Source of the DNA: Chloroflexota bacterium
GTDB lineage: Bacteria > Chloroflexota > UBA11872 > VXOZ01
Direction: 5' to 3'
Assembly (NCBI GenBank): GCA_963663275.1
Contig: OY760183.1
Coordinates: 2,112,001-2,176,000, forward strand
Length of the DNA stretch: 64,000 nt
A program made the translations under genes and the position numbers. Positions within the stretch are counted from its first letter, which is position 1. Each line of letters opens with the position of its first letter. The notes beneath the pieces were generated by a model. It did not search any database. It worked only from the letters and a program-made list of their open reading frames with translations, and had not been told where the DNA came from. This document shows positions 42,507 to 52,523 of this stretch, piece by piece.

Positions 42507-44327
42507 CTATTGCGAGTTTGAATCTTTCGAGGTTTCCTCGCCGGACTCGGCCTGGCCGTCGGTTGAGCCGGACGGATCGCCGTTCGAGCCGGGCGACTCC
42601 GCCGGTCCGTTCGTCTGCTGGCCCAAGGCCAGGCCTCCGGCGTAGCCGGTGAGCGCGGCAACGCCCACGGGTTCGCGCTGAGGCTGGTGCGCCTCGATAA
42701 TCTCCATGACTTCCTCGCCGTGCAACTCCAATTGCTCCAGGAGACGCTCGGCAATCACGTGCACCTCGTCGGCGTGTTCCGCCAGCAGTTGCTTCACCTC
42801 GCGGTACTGCTCGTCCAACAAGGCCTCGATGCGGCGCTTGGTGTCCGGGTCGATGCCGCCCAGGCCGGCGGGCATCGCCAGATAGGAATAGAAGCTGTTG
42901 CCCATCCCAAAGTAGCCAAAGTACCCCATGGCCAGGCGCGTGGCCTGCTGCAAGTCGGAGGTGACACCGGTGAGGCCGGTCCCCAGGAAGAGTTCCTCGG
43001 CGGCGCGGCTGGCGAGCGCCACCTTGATTTCCGAAAGTATCTCTTCCCGCGTCTGCGTATAGCGCTCTTCCAGCGGCGTGCTCGCGGCCAGACCCAGCGC
43101 GCGGCCGTAGCGGATGATCGTCACCTTGGAGAGCTTGTTCTCCGGCTGGAGCAGCGCCATCGCGATGGCGTGGCCGGTCTCATGGTAGGCCAACCGCCGC
43201 CGTTCCTTTTCACTCATGCTGCGAATTGGCTGGCGCAAGCCCCACTCGTTCGTCTCGCGCGCCTCGCTGAAGTCCTTGTAGGAGATGTAGTCCCGGCCCT
43301 CGAAGTGCGCCACCACGGCCGCCTCGTTGATGAGGTACTTGATGCTGACGGGCGTATAGCTCACCGTATCGGCGGCAATCTTGTCGATGTCGATGTCCGG
43401 GTCGTGCCGCACCTTGTCCAGGTAGTATTGGATAACGTCCTTGCGGCCGTCGAAGTCCGGCGCGTCGATGGTAATTTTCCGGTCGAAGCGACCCGGCCGC
43501 AGCAGGGCTTGGTCCAGCACTTCGGCAATGTTGGTAGCGCCAATCGTGAGCACAACCGGCTGCACGGCCTTTCCCCGGCGCAGACCCAACCGGCGCAGAA
43601 TGCGCGCCTTCATACTCGTATCCACGTTGGGTGGATCCATCTCGAGCAGCAGCGTGTTGAGCATGCCCATGCCGCCGCCGAACATGCCGCCCATCGCGCC
43701 CATGCCGCCGCCCATCTGCGAGGTGCGGGCGGTGCCAACGGCGTCAATCTCATCGATGAAGATGATGGCGGAGCCGTACTTGCGCGCGAGCCGCCGCGCC
43801 TTGCCGTAGAGCATCATGATGCGCAGGTTGCCGACGCCCATGAACATGTTTTGAAAACCGGGCGCGGACGCATACGCGAACGGCACGCCGGCCTCGGTAG
43901 CGATGGCCTGCGCCAGGTAGGTCTTACCCGTGCCGGGCGGGCCAATGAGGAGCAGGCCGCGGGAGACCTCGCCGCCCATGCGCTTGAAGTCGCGCACGCC
44001 GCGCAACAGGGTCACAATGCGCGCGGACACTTCCAGCACCTGCTCGTTGCCGCGATAGTCCTTGAACGATATGCCGGTTTCGCCGCCGGGCATAATCCAA
44101 TAGACGCGGCCTCTTCCCAGGAACCAGAAGAGCGCCACGAACTGTATCAGCACGAAGAGAATCGCAAACGCAAGCTGGAAGAGCGTTGCGAAGATCATGA
44201 ACAGTATGCTCAGGACAGTGGGCGCGCCGAAGGTGGCGAGAGACCACCAGAAACCAAGCGCGACGACTACCCACAGCAGGATGCCGCGCCAATGCCGACC
44301 GATGAACCCCAGCACTCCGCCAATCAT
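42507..44327 (-). CDS. FtsH-like membrane AAA+ zinc metalloprotease
   Basis: Two N-terminal TM segments, GPPGTGKT, IFIDEID, ALLRPGRFDR, HETGH, G..SDL. Confidence 0.88.
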   Translation of the reverse strand: MIGGVLGFIGRHWRGILLWVVVALGFWWSLATFGAPTVLSILFMIFATLFQLAFAILFVLIQFVALFWFLGRGRVYWIMPGGETGISFKDYRGNEQVLEVSARIVTLLRGVRDFKRMGGEVSRGLLLIGPPGTGKTYLAQAIATEAGVPFAYASAPGFQNMFMGVGNLRIMMLYGKARRLARKYGSAIIFIDEIDAVGTARTSQMGGGMGAMGGMFGGGMGMLNTLLLEMDPPNVDTSMKARILRRLGLRRGKAVQPVVLTIGATNIAEVLDQALLRPGRFDRKITIDAPDFDGRKDVIQYYLDKVRHDPDIDIDKIAADTVSYTPVSIKYLINEAAVVAHFEGRDYISYKDFSEARETNEWGLRQPIRSMSEKERRRLAYHETGHAIAMALLQPENKLSKVTIIRYGRALGLAASTPLEERYTQTREEILSEIKVALASRAAEELFLGTGLTGVTSDLQQATRLAMGYFGYFGMGNSFYSYLAMPAGLGGIDPDTKRRIEALLDEQYREVKQLLAEHADEVHVIAERLLEQLELHGEEVMEIIEAHQPQREPVGVAALTGYAGGLALGQQTNGPAESPGSNGDPSGSTDGQAESGEETSKDSNSQ

Positions 44328-44450
44328 AGTCTCACCGTGCCTTCCATGCGCTACGAGGACAGGTTGCTATCACTGTACCACTTTTGCCGCCTGGCGCGGT
44401 TCTGACACCGCCAGTCCGCGCGTGCGCCCCCAAGCATAACTCTGATTGCC

Positions 44451-44459
44451 ATTATAGCA
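44451..44459 (-). promoter_or_regulatory. Extended -10 promoter candidate for the ftsH-like gene
   Basis: TGCTATAAT on the minus strand, about 125 bp upstream of the start. Confidence 0.4.
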
Positions 44460-44712
44460 CGCGCAATCAAGGCGATTGCCGCTCGCTTCACAACAACTGT
44501 AAGAATTGCCTAAGAGTCTCGCGTTCATAGCAGGGGAGATCATGCCGCCGCCGGTTGGATCCCGCATAGCGAGCGCAGGCGCGCCCAGCGCGCTTTTCCG
44601 CCTCTCCCCGTGCAAAGGCGTTGCGCGGCGCGGTATAGTGGCACGAGAGTTTCACCCGGCCGGGCACGGCCATGTTCTCGCGCCCCGCCGAGACGATCGC
44701 AGGATTTTCCGC

Positions 44713-45471
44713 ATGACGGTAACCACGTCCGACATCCGCGCGGGACTGGAAGTGCTTGGGGTCGTATCCGGCGACCTGCTGCTCGTCCATAGTTCGCTGC
44801 ACAGCTTTGGCTACGTGGAAGGCGGCGCCGACGCGGTGATCGACGCGCTGCTGGAAGCGGTTGGCGACGGCGGCACCGTGCTCGTCCCCACGCTCACCTT
44901 TTCGATTCTCAAGTCCCGGCCATACCGCTTCTCGGTCAGCGGCACGCCGTCTTCGTCGGGGCGCATTACGGAGACCTTGCGCCAACGCGCGGCGGCCCTG
45001 CGCAGCCGCCATCCCGTCTCGTCGGCCGCCGCCATAGGAGCGCAGGCGGCGTACCTGACCGCCGCGCACGATGACACGCCCTGCGGCCCGGGTTCGCCCT
45101 ACTACCGCCTCTGCGAGCGTGGCGGCAAGGTTGTCTTCTTGGGCGCGTCGCTCGGTTCCAATACGGTCTTCCATTGCGCTGAAGAGATTGCGCGACCCGC
45201 TTACTTGGGCTTCGCGACGATCGAAAACGCCATCGTGGAGGACGCCGACCGCCGCCGGCGCGCGGTGACCGCCCGCCGCTATGACTGCTTCGACCGGGGC
45301 GTTATCCGCCACTTAGGCAACATGGAGCCGGTTTTCCGGGAGCGCGGGCTCCTGCGGCGCGCGGTAATTGGGGAGTGCCGCGCGTACCTCATCGACGCCC
45401 AGCAAAACGTCGGCGTCTCCTGCGAGGTTCTGAAGACGAACCCGGAGTACATTCTCTCGCCTCTGCCCTGA
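44713..45471 (+). CDS. AAC(3)-family (Antibiotic_NAT) N-acetyltransferase
   Basis: LLVHSSL..FG.VEGG, GTVLVPT, RSRHP..S, NTVFHCAEE. Confidence 0.85.
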   Translation: MTVTTSDIRAGLEVLGVVSGDLLLVHSSLHSFGYVEGGADAVIDALLEAVGDGGTVLVPTLTFSILKSRPYRFSVSGTPSSSGRITETLRQRAAALRSRHPVSSAAAIGAQAAYLTAAHDDTPCGPGSPYYRLCERGGKVVFLGASLGSNTVFHCAEEIARPAYLGFATIENAIVEDADRRRRAVTARRYDCFDRGVIRHLGNMEPVFRERGLLRRAVIGECRAYLIDAQQNVGVSCEVLKTNPEYILSPLP

Positions 45472-45532
45472 CAAGACCGGTACCTGACCCATTTGGCAGC
45501 GAAGGCAATCCCTCTCCTAACGGAAGTCGAGA

Positions 45533-45568
45533 CGGTGTAGGGGCACGACATGTCGTGCCCCTACACCG
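45533..45568. repeat. Perfect 36-bp GTAG-type REP palindrome
   Basis: CGGTGTAGGGGCACGACATGTCGTGCCCCTACACCG. Confidence 0.85.
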
Positions 45569-45715
45569 GTGTGCGCGTTGTTCAAGGAACTTAATGGGGC
45601 GTCGCCGTCACCGTTCGTGGCCCGGCGAATTCTGCGACAACGATGGGGCTTAGGGCTAACCCTGCACTCCGCCCTGCTATCGCCGGCGCGCCACCCTCAC
45701 GCGAATGTCCGCCTA

Positions 45716-45769
45716 AAACACCATCCTGTGCCGTCCGTGCTTTATGGAAACAACATAGTGTGCTATAGT
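45716..45769 (+). promoter_or_regulatory. Tandem NrdR-box-like sites overlapping an extended -10
   Basis: AAACACCATCCTGTGC (45716) and AAACAACATAGTGTGC (45748), 32 bp apart; TGCTATAGT at 45761-45769. Confidence 0.55.
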
Positions 45770-45859
45770 ATGACTGTCTCCCGGTGGGCGCGCATTGCCG
45801 CTGGGCAGGCGGTTTCCGCCGGATTGGACGGATTGAAAGAAGCCTACGGAGGCACAAGC

Positions 45860-46501
45860 ATGCGCTGTCCTCGGTGCGCCAAGCAAGATACCCGCGTGGT
45901 TGACAGCCGTCCGGAAGAGTTGAGTATCCGCCGCCGCCGCGAGTGCGGCAATTGCGGCCACCGCTACACGACGTACGAGCGCCTGGAAGTGCTGGCGTGT
46001 CCGCACTGCGAATCAAACGAGTCCCGCGTCTCGTCGTACCATCTGCTGCGGGCGGGCGCGCGGCGCTTTCGTGAGTGCCTGCGCTGCGGGCGCGACTTTA
46101 CCACCACCGAGCGGGTGGATCCGGTGCCGCTGACGGTGGTGAAGCGGGACGGACGCCGGGAGGAGTTCAACCGGGGAAAACTGCGCGAAAAGATCAGCAC
46201 GGCCTGTTGGAAGCGCCCGGTCGGCTCGAAGCAGATTGGCGAAATCGTAGAGGGCATCGAGGGGGACTTGCTCGCAATCGGTGAACCCGAGGTGGAGTCT
46301 ACGGTGATTGGCGATAGAGTAATGCAGCGGCTGCGCGTGCTCGATGAGGTGGCCTACGTGCGCTTTGCCTCGGTCTACCGCCGCTTCGAAGACATCGACA
46401 GCATCGCGGAAGAGATTGCCGAATTCCAGCAGTGGAAACGCAGCCGCGCGCAGCCCGACCAGATTGCGCTGCTGCCTGAAGAATCTTCTCTCTCCCAGTA
46501 A
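45860..46501 (+). CDS. nrdR: Transcriptional repressor NrdR with duplicated zinc ribbon
   Basis: MRCPRC..VVDSR..RRRRECGNC..YTTYE, then CPHC..RRFRECLRC..FTTTE, then ATP-cone VVKRDGRRE..VAYVRFASVY; GGAGG RBS. Confidence 0.92.
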   Translation: MRCPRCAKQDTRVVDSRPEELSIRRRRECGNCGHRYTTYERLEVLACPHCESNESRVSSYHLLRAGARRFRECLRCGRDFTTTERVDPVPLTVVKRDGRREEFNRGKLREKISTACWKRPVGSKQIGEIVEGIEGDLLAIGEPEVESTVIGDRVMQRLRVLDEVAYVRFASVYRRFEDIDSIAEEIAEFQQWKRSRAQPDQIALLPEESSLSQ

Positions 46502-46611
46502 TCCGACACTGTGCGGAGGACGCAATCCGTCCACGCCGCCGCCAGCGGCCATGCCCAACGTAATCCGCCGGCCCGACGCGCGCGGCCGGCGCACCCGGAA
46601 CCCACGCTCAA

Positions 46612-47019
46612 ATGCGCAATTTTCTCGTCTACTGGCTGCCGCCGCTGCTCTGGATGGCGTTGATCTTCTACGGCTCGTCGCAGTCCACGCTGCCGTCGCC
46701 TTCCAGCACACTGCTCAACGTGCTGCTCAAGGCGGGCGGACACGTGGTGGAGTACGCCGTGCTGGCCGTGCTCCTGCACCGGGCAATTGACGCGCGTTTT
46801 CAGCACCCCGCCATTCAGCCGCTGGCGCTCGTCATGGTCGCCCTCTACGCGGCGAGCGATGAACTGCACCAGTCGTTTGTGCCCGGCAGGGTGGCATCCT
46901 GGAGCGACTTTGCCCTTGACATAATGGGCGGCGCGGGCGGACTGCTGCTGTGGAACATGGCGCAGCGGTGGCGCGAGCGCGGCCTGCCGCTGCCGGGGCG
47001 CAACCAACGCGAGCCGTGA
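46612..47019 (+). CDS. VanZ family membrane protein
   Basis: WMALIF..SSQ, K.GH..EY.VL, YAASDELHQSFVPGR. Confidence 0.88.
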   Translation: MRNFLVYWLPPLLWMALIFYGSSQSTLPSPSSTLLNVLLKAGGHVVEYAVLAVLLHRAIDARFQHPAIQPLALVMVALYAASDELHQSFVPGRVASWSDFALDIMGGAGGLLLWNMAQRWRERGLPLPGRNQREP

Positions 47020-47033
47020 TCCGGCGCCTGCGC

Positions 47034-48449
47034 CTACTTGCCAATGCAGAACTCGCCGAAGATGCGGTCCAGCAGGTCTTCCGTCGCGCTTTCGCCGGTG
47101 AGTTCGCCAAGCGTGTACAGGGCGGCGCGCAGCCCAATACAGACGAAGTCCTCCGGCAGACCCTCGGCCGCGGCTTGCCGGGCTTCCACCAGCGCGGTGC
47201 GCGCTTCCGCAAGGGCGGCGTGGTGGCGGAGCGAGGCGACCACGGCGCTTTCGGGCACCAGCTTCTCTCGCAAGAGCGTCTTCCCAATTGAGTCGCGCAG
47301 GGCGCGCAATCCGTTTTCGGCGAGGGCCGAGGTCAGCGCCACCGGGCAGCCGTCCAGCATATCTGCTACGTCTCGCGGGCGCAGCGCGGGGGGCTTGTCG
47401 GCCTTGTTCAGCGCGATAATGGCGCGTTGGTCCCGGTCTGCCTCCAGCGCGCGCTTCACTTCCGCAATCACGGCGCGGTCCGCGGGCTGGAGCGTCATGC
47501 TGCCGTCCAAGACCACGATAATCAGGCGGGCCGCCGCCAGCGACGCCCGGCTGCGTTCCACGCCAATCCGCTCCACCGGGTCCTCGGTCTCCGCGATACC
47601 GGCGGTATCCGACAGTATGAGCGGTATGCCTTCGACGTCAACCGTCTCTTCCAGCACGTCGCGGGTGGTGCCGGGAACGTCGGTCACGATTGCCCGGTCG
47701 GCGCTGAGAAAGGCATTGAGCAGGCTCGACTTGCCCACGTTGGGGCGTCCCACCAGCACGGCGCGCACGCCGTCGCGCAGGATAGCGCCGCTCCGCGCGG
47801 TGGCGAGCAATCGCTCCAAGCCGGTGAGCGCGGCATCCAGCGCCGCCAATACCTCTTGCGCCGGTACCGGGGGCACGTCATCGTCGCTGAAGTCGATGTT
47901 GGCTTCCAGGCGCGCCAGGAGGTTGAGCGCCTGCCGGCGAATGCGCCGCACCTGCCGCGACAAGCGGCCGTCGAGTTGGCCGAGCGCGAGCGCAAGGCCG
48001 CTGCCGGTGCGCGCCCGCACCACGTCCATTACGGCCTCGGCCTGCGCCAGGTCCAGCTTGCCGTTGAGGAAGGCGCGCAGTGTGAACTCGCCGGGCTGCG
48101 CCAGGCGCGCGCCTTGGCCGAGCAGCAATGCGAGCGCGCGCCGCAGCGCCAGCGGGCTGCCGTGGCACGAAAACTCGACTACGTCTTCGCCGGTATACGA
48201 GCGCGGCGCCCGCATGAAGGTGCAGAGCGCCTGGTCCACGGGCGCGCCGCGCTCCGGATCCACCAGCAGACCCACGTACACGCGGTGACTCCGCCAACTG
48301 CCGGGTCTCTCCCGCCGGAAGCAGCGCCTGGCGATTTTCAGCGCCGCGCCGCCGCTCATGCGGACGATGCCGATTGCGCCCTCGCCCGGCGGCGTCGCTA
48401 TCGCCGCTATCGTATCCTCGACGTTCACGCCGCCATTGCCCGCTGCCAT
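47034..48449 (-). CDS. mnmE: tRNA modification GTPase MnmE
   Basis: DTIAAIATP, SYTGED, GRPNVGKSSL, GTTRD, DTAG, NKAD, C-terminal FCIGK. Confidence 0.96.
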   Translation of the reverse strand: MAAGNGGVNVEDTIAAIATPPGEGAIGIVRMSGGAALKIARRCFRRERPGSWRSHRVYVGLLVDPERGAPVDQALCTFMRAPRSYTGEDVVEFSCHGSPLALRRALALLLGQGARLAQPGEFTLRAFLNGKLDLAQAEAVMDVVRARTGSGLALALGQLDGRLSRQVRRIRRQALNLLARLEANIDFSDDDVPPVPAQEVLAALDAALTGLERLLATARSGAILRDGVRAVLVGRPNVGKSSLLNAFLSADRAIVTDVPGTTRDVLEETVDVEGIPLILSDTAGIAETEDPVERIGVERSRASLAAARLIIVVLDGSMTLQPADRAVIAEVKRALEADRDQRAIIALNKADKPPALRPRDVADMLDGCPVALTSALAENGLRALRDSIGKTLLREKLVPESAVVASLRHHAALAEARTALVEARQAAAEGLPEDFVCIGLRAALYTLGELTGESATEDLLDRIFGEFCIGK

Positions 48450-48496
48450 GGAAAGTTAAGGCCCGTTTCCTCCGGCGCTGCCGCGTTGCAGGGCGC

Positions 48497-49060
48497 CTAG
48501 CCCTCGCGCCCGGCGGGATTCACGCCCAAGTCCTCGATGGTGAAGATAGCCCGATAGGGGAAGCCGGCCGCGGCAATGGCGTCGGCGCCGCCCTGGAGGC
48601 GGTCCACCAGCGTCCAGATACCCGTAACCACGCCGCCGGCCGCTTGCACCGCTTCTGCGGCGCGCAGCACTGAGCCGCCGGTGGTCACCGTATCCTCCAC
48701 AATCGCCACCCTCATGCCCGGCGCCAATGGGCCTTCCACCTGTTTGCCAGTGCCGTGCCGCTTGGCGCTGCTGCGCACGATCAGCGCCTGGACCGGCGAC
48801 CCCGCGTCAAAGCTGGCGATGGCGATGGCCGTGACCACCGGGTCGGCGGCTACCGACATACCGGCTACCGCGTCCGGCAGCGCCGCGCCCAGCGCCCGCA
48901 GCATCACGCGCCCGGTCAGGAACGCGCCTTCCGCCGACAGCGTCACCAGGCGGCAATCGATGTAATAGTGCGCCCGCTGGCCGGAACTGAGGATGAAGTC
49001 CCCTTCCTCGATGGCTTCGGTCCGCAGCAGCGCGCGCAGCCGTTCTTGCTCCGCGTCCAC
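48497..49060 (-). CDS. pyrE: Orotate phosphoribosyltransferase
   Basis: F.LSSG..YYIDCR, K.HGT, VEDTVTTGGS. Confidence 0.92.
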   Translation of the reverse strand: MDAEQERLRALLRTEAIEEGDFILSSGQRAHYYIDCRLVTLSAEGAFLTGRVMLRALGAALPDAVAGMSVAADPVVTAIAIASFDAGSPVQALIVRSSAKRHGTGKQVEGPLAPGMRVAIVEDTVTTGGSVLRAAEAVQAAGGVVTGIWTLVDRLQGGADAIAAAGFPYRAIFTIEDLGVNPAGREG

Positions 49061-49206
49061 AGCCGATTCCTCTCAGATTTTATTGAGTGACAAACCAGAG
49101 ACGATTCTACTGAACCGTTGGCGCTCCGACCAGGGGAATCCAAGCGGGTGAACGCGGCAGAAGGGTCGAATGCGCCGGCCTGGCGGCAGTAGACTCGACA
49201 CGTGGG

Positions 49207-50385
49207 CTACGGAGTGAACTCGCGGGCGATCTGGGCGTAGACCCCGGCGCTGCGGACCACCTCGGTCAGGTCGATGCGTTCGTGGTCGGTGTGGGCGTAG
49301 CCGATGTCGCCGGGGCCATAGACGATGCAGGGCACGCCGGCCTTCACCTGGAGTTTGCTCGCGTCCGTGCCGTAGGTGACGCCTTGCGGTTCGGGCGGTA
49401 GATCGTGCGCCCGGAGCGCGCGCATGGCGGCTTGCACGATTTCCTCATCCTCCGAGGTATCCAGCGGCCAGTCGCCCAGGTCGCGGGAGGCGACACTGGG
49501 ATGAACGTCGGGATTGGCATCGGCTATCTGCCCCATGGCGTCTTCGAACTCCTGGATAGCGCCTTCCGTAGTCTCACCCGGAATGATGCGGCGGTCAACC
49601 ACCACCTGGCAGGTTTCCGGTATGACGTTGGCGGCGTGGCCGCCGTGGATGATGCCGATGGCCCACGTGGGATACCCCACCAGCGGATGCGAACGCGCCG
49701 CAAAGCGGGGATCCAGCGTCTCGCGCAGGTGGCGGATGATGTCGACCATCTGGTAGATGGCGTTGTTGCCCTTGTGGGGCTGGCTGCTGTGGGCCGGTCT
49801 GCCCTTGGTTTGCAAGGTGAAGCGCACCGCGCCCTTGGTGGCGGTGACCAAACCGAGTTGGGTCGGTTCGCCAATCACCGCGGCCGTGACGTCGATTCCC
49901 TGATCGAGAAAGCCGAGGATGCCGCGAAACTTATACTCCTCGTCCACCACGCCCAGCAGCCCGATGTCCACGGCGAGTTCGTCCGGGTGTTGCGCCAGTT
50001 CCCGCAGCGCCAGCAGCATACCGGCCAGGCAGCCCTTGGCGTCGCAGGAGCCGCGCCCGTGGAGGGTGGTTCCCTCCTGGCGGGGTTCGAGGGCCTCCGG
50101 CCCCCAGGTGTCGATGCCGACCGTGTCCATGTGGCACTCGAAGAGCAGGAGTCCCCGCGAATTGGGCACGCGCAGGCGGCCAAAGACGTTCGGGCGGCCG
50201 GGCAGCGGCTCGTGTTGGGCGGTTTCCATGCCGAGGGCCGCCAGTTGCGACTCCACGAAGCCGGCCATCGCGCTTTCGCCGCCGGAGCCGTCGGCCATGA
50301 AGGCCGGATTCATGCTGGGAATGCGCACCAGTTCGGAGAGTAACTCCGCGGTCTCTTGAATACGGGACTCAGCAACGGCGCTCAT
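49207..50385 (-). CDS. M20/ArgE-DapE family metallopeptidase
   Basis: HMDTV, GRGSCDAKG, DEE, GEPT, AHSS, GTDA, GPG....AH. Confidence 0.9.
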   Translation of the reverse strand: MSAVAESRIQETAELLSELVRIPSMNPAFMADGSGGESAMAGFVESQLAALGMETAQHEPLPGRPNVFGRLRVPNSRGLLLFECHMDTVGIDTWGPEALEPRQEGTTLHGRGSCDAKGCLAGMLLALRELAQHPDELAVDIGLLGVVDEEYKFRGILGFLDQGIDVTAAVIGEPTQLGLVTATKGAVRFTLQTKGRPAHSSQPHKGNNAIYQMVDIIRHLRETLDPRFAARSHPLVGYPTWAIGIIHGGHAANVIPETCQVVVDRRIIPGETTEGAIQEFEDAMGQIADANPDVHPSVASRDLGDWPLDTSEDEEIVQAAMRALRAHDLPPEPQGVTYGTDASKLQVKAGVPCIVYGPGDIGYAHTDHERIDLTEVVRSAGVYAQIAREFTP

Positions 50386-50525
50386 AGAAGGTTGTTTCCT
50401 GTGGGTTCATGCTCGGTTTACCGCCACGTCTCGCTCCATAGTAGCAGATTCGCTGATGGCGGGAGCGGGCATGAGACTCCGCTAAGCGCGTTGCCTCAGA
50501 CGGTGTCTACGTTTCGCGCTAAGAG

Positions 50526-50549
50526 GCGGGGGACAAGCCCCCGCGCTAC
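50526..50549 (-). repeat. GTAG-type REP hairpin
   Basis: GTAGCGCGGGGGCTTGTCCCCCGC on the minus strand. Confidence 0.6.
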
Positions 50550-50659
50550 GTGCGGTCGGCCAAGAGGTGGGGGAGAAGCCCCGTTGGAGAAGATGGGCGT
50601 CGTCGTGTTTGCGTGGATGGCTCGCGCCTGCGCGCGCGGCGCTGGCGTGATGCCGGCCG

Positions 50660-52282
50660 TCAGTGCTCGCCCCGGGCCTCCAGGGTGATGAGATCGAGCA
50701 CGTCCTGGTTGGTTAACGCGCCCAGGAATTTCTCGGTTTCCCGTTCCATCACCGGCAGGATCGTCAACGAGTTTTCCATCATGCGTTGGAGCACGTCTTC
50801 CACCGGCTCGTCGGGCCGGGCCTGCGGCGTCTTGCGGCGCACCACGTTCTCCAGGGGCGTGTCCGACCAGGATTCCTTGGGTAGGTAACGCAGCATGCTC
50901 AGCGAGACGATGCCCGTGAGGTCGCCCTTGTCCACGATCACGTAGTCGTGTTGGTGGGGGAGAATCCACTGGTCGACGAAATTGCGCACGGACAGGCCCG
51001 GTTTGGGATAGGTACGCGTCCGGTCGAGGATGTCGTCGACCGTGATGTCGTCCAGCGCAAAGCGGGCCAGGGAAGCCGGCAGGGGAATGGGCATCGCCAC
51101 TTCCTCCGCCGGCTTGGCGCGGTTGATGGCGAAATTGATTATCGGCGGTCCAAAGAGGATATAGGCGAACATGATCAACACGAGCAAGGAGAAAACGTCG
51201 GTACCGAGTATGCCGGTTTCCAGCATTACCAGCAGTAGGGCGACTTCCGCGACGCCCTTGGCCATCAGGCCGGTGGCCAGCGGGAGGGGCCTCTCCAGAC
51301 GGGAGACGAACGCGCCAATCAGGGAACCGGCGAACTTGCCCACGAGAGGCACCACCACCAACGCCGCGATCGTCAACGGGGGCAGCGTGGTGAACGACAT
51401 GCTCAGGTGCAGCCCGGCCGAGGCGAAGAAGAGCGGCACGAAGAGACCTTCGGCGGCGCTTCTCATGCCGGGCCCGATGTCCCGGCGCAGTTGGTGGGGC
51501 AATCCTGAGAGGGCAGCGCCAAAGAGCAGTGCCCCCAGGGTGCCGTGAATGCCCGCCACTTCAGACGCTCCCACTACAATGAACAGACCGCCGATGATCA
51601 ACCCAAAGGAAAGCTGCGGCGCTTGCAGCGTGCGCTGCAGGATTACGATGAGCCGCGGAATGACGTATCGGGAAAGCAGCCAGGTGGCAACGGAAAAGCC
51701 GACGATCTTCGCGAGCAGCGCGAGCACGCTCGGTCCATTGAATTCCGTCACGTGCTCGCCAATCATGAAACCGACGAGCAACAAGGCCAGTAACTCGGCG
51801 ATGAACACCGTGACGAAAATCTGAATGCCAATCGGCTTGCGCAAGTGGCCTTCGTCCACCAGGACCTTGCTGACGAGGCCGAGACTGGAAAGAGACAGGA
51901 TTCCCGATAGCGCCAGCGCCTCCGTAAAATCGAGGCCGAGCCCAAAGTCGTAGAAGACGTCCGTGGTGACGGTCAGGGAAAGGAGCAGGGTTATGACGAC
52001 GGAGAGGCTGGCGGCGACGAAGAATCTTCCGCGGATGGTGGCAATGAAGCCTTTGATGTCGATCTCGTCCAACCCGATGAGGAAGAAGAAGAGGAAGATG
52101 CCGACGCCCAGCAGAATTCTCAGTTCGGTGGTGGGTTCGATGAGGCCCGCCACGGGACCCAGCGCCAGACCGGCCGCCGTGTAGGCCACGATGGAATTGA
52201 AGCGGAAGCGGCGGAAGACACCTTCCGCCAGCTTGGCGACGATTATGAGCAATCCAATGGAGAGCAAAGCTTCGTGGAACAT
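50660..52282 (-). CDS. Cation:proton antiporter (CPA2-like) with C-terminal CBS pair
   Basis: Many TM helices, LIGLDEID, FVPLFFAS.G, GK..G; CBS-like tail. Confidence 0.85.
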   Translation of the reverse strand: MFHEALLSIGLLIIVAKLAEGVFRRFRFNSIVAYTAAGLALGPVAGLIEPTTELRILLGVGIFLFFFLIGLDEIDIKGFIATIRGRFFVAASLSVVITLLLSLTVTTDVFYDFGLGLDFTEALALSGILSLSSLGLVSKVLVDEGHLRKPIGIQIFVTVFIAELLALLLVGFMIGEHVTEFNGPSVLALLAKIVGFSVATWLLSRYVIPRLIVILQRTLQAPQLSFGLIIGGLFIVVGASEVAGIHGTLGALLFGAALSGLPHQLRRDIGPGMRSAAEGLFVPLFFASAGLHLSMSFTTLPPLTIAALVVVPLVGKFAGSLIGAFVSRLERPLPLATGLMAKGVAEVALLLVMLETGILGTDVFSLLVLIMFAYILFGPPIINFAINRAKPAEEVAMPIPLPASLARFALDDITVDDILDRTRTYPKPGLSVRNFVDQWILPHQHDYVIVDKGDLTGIVSLSMLRYLPKESWSDTPLENVVRRKTPQARPDEPVEDVLQRMMENSLTILPVMERETEKFLGALTNQDVLDLITLEARGEH

Positions 52283-52523
52283 ACCTACTCGTGCCGGAAG
52301 CCATCGCTTGATTCGTTCAAGCCAATATCTTACATGAACTGGCAGACATTGTGTAGGTCAGCGAATCTTTGGGCATTCCGCGCGGGGGCCTGCGAGCCGT
52401 GCCATGGGCGCGGCGCGTGGCGCGCAGCCGAGTGCGCTACAAATGCGCTACAATTGAGAAACGCCACGCGCCGCCGGGACTTGCCGCGCGGCAGCGCAGC
52501 GATTGGCGAAAGGGGCTGATTAC

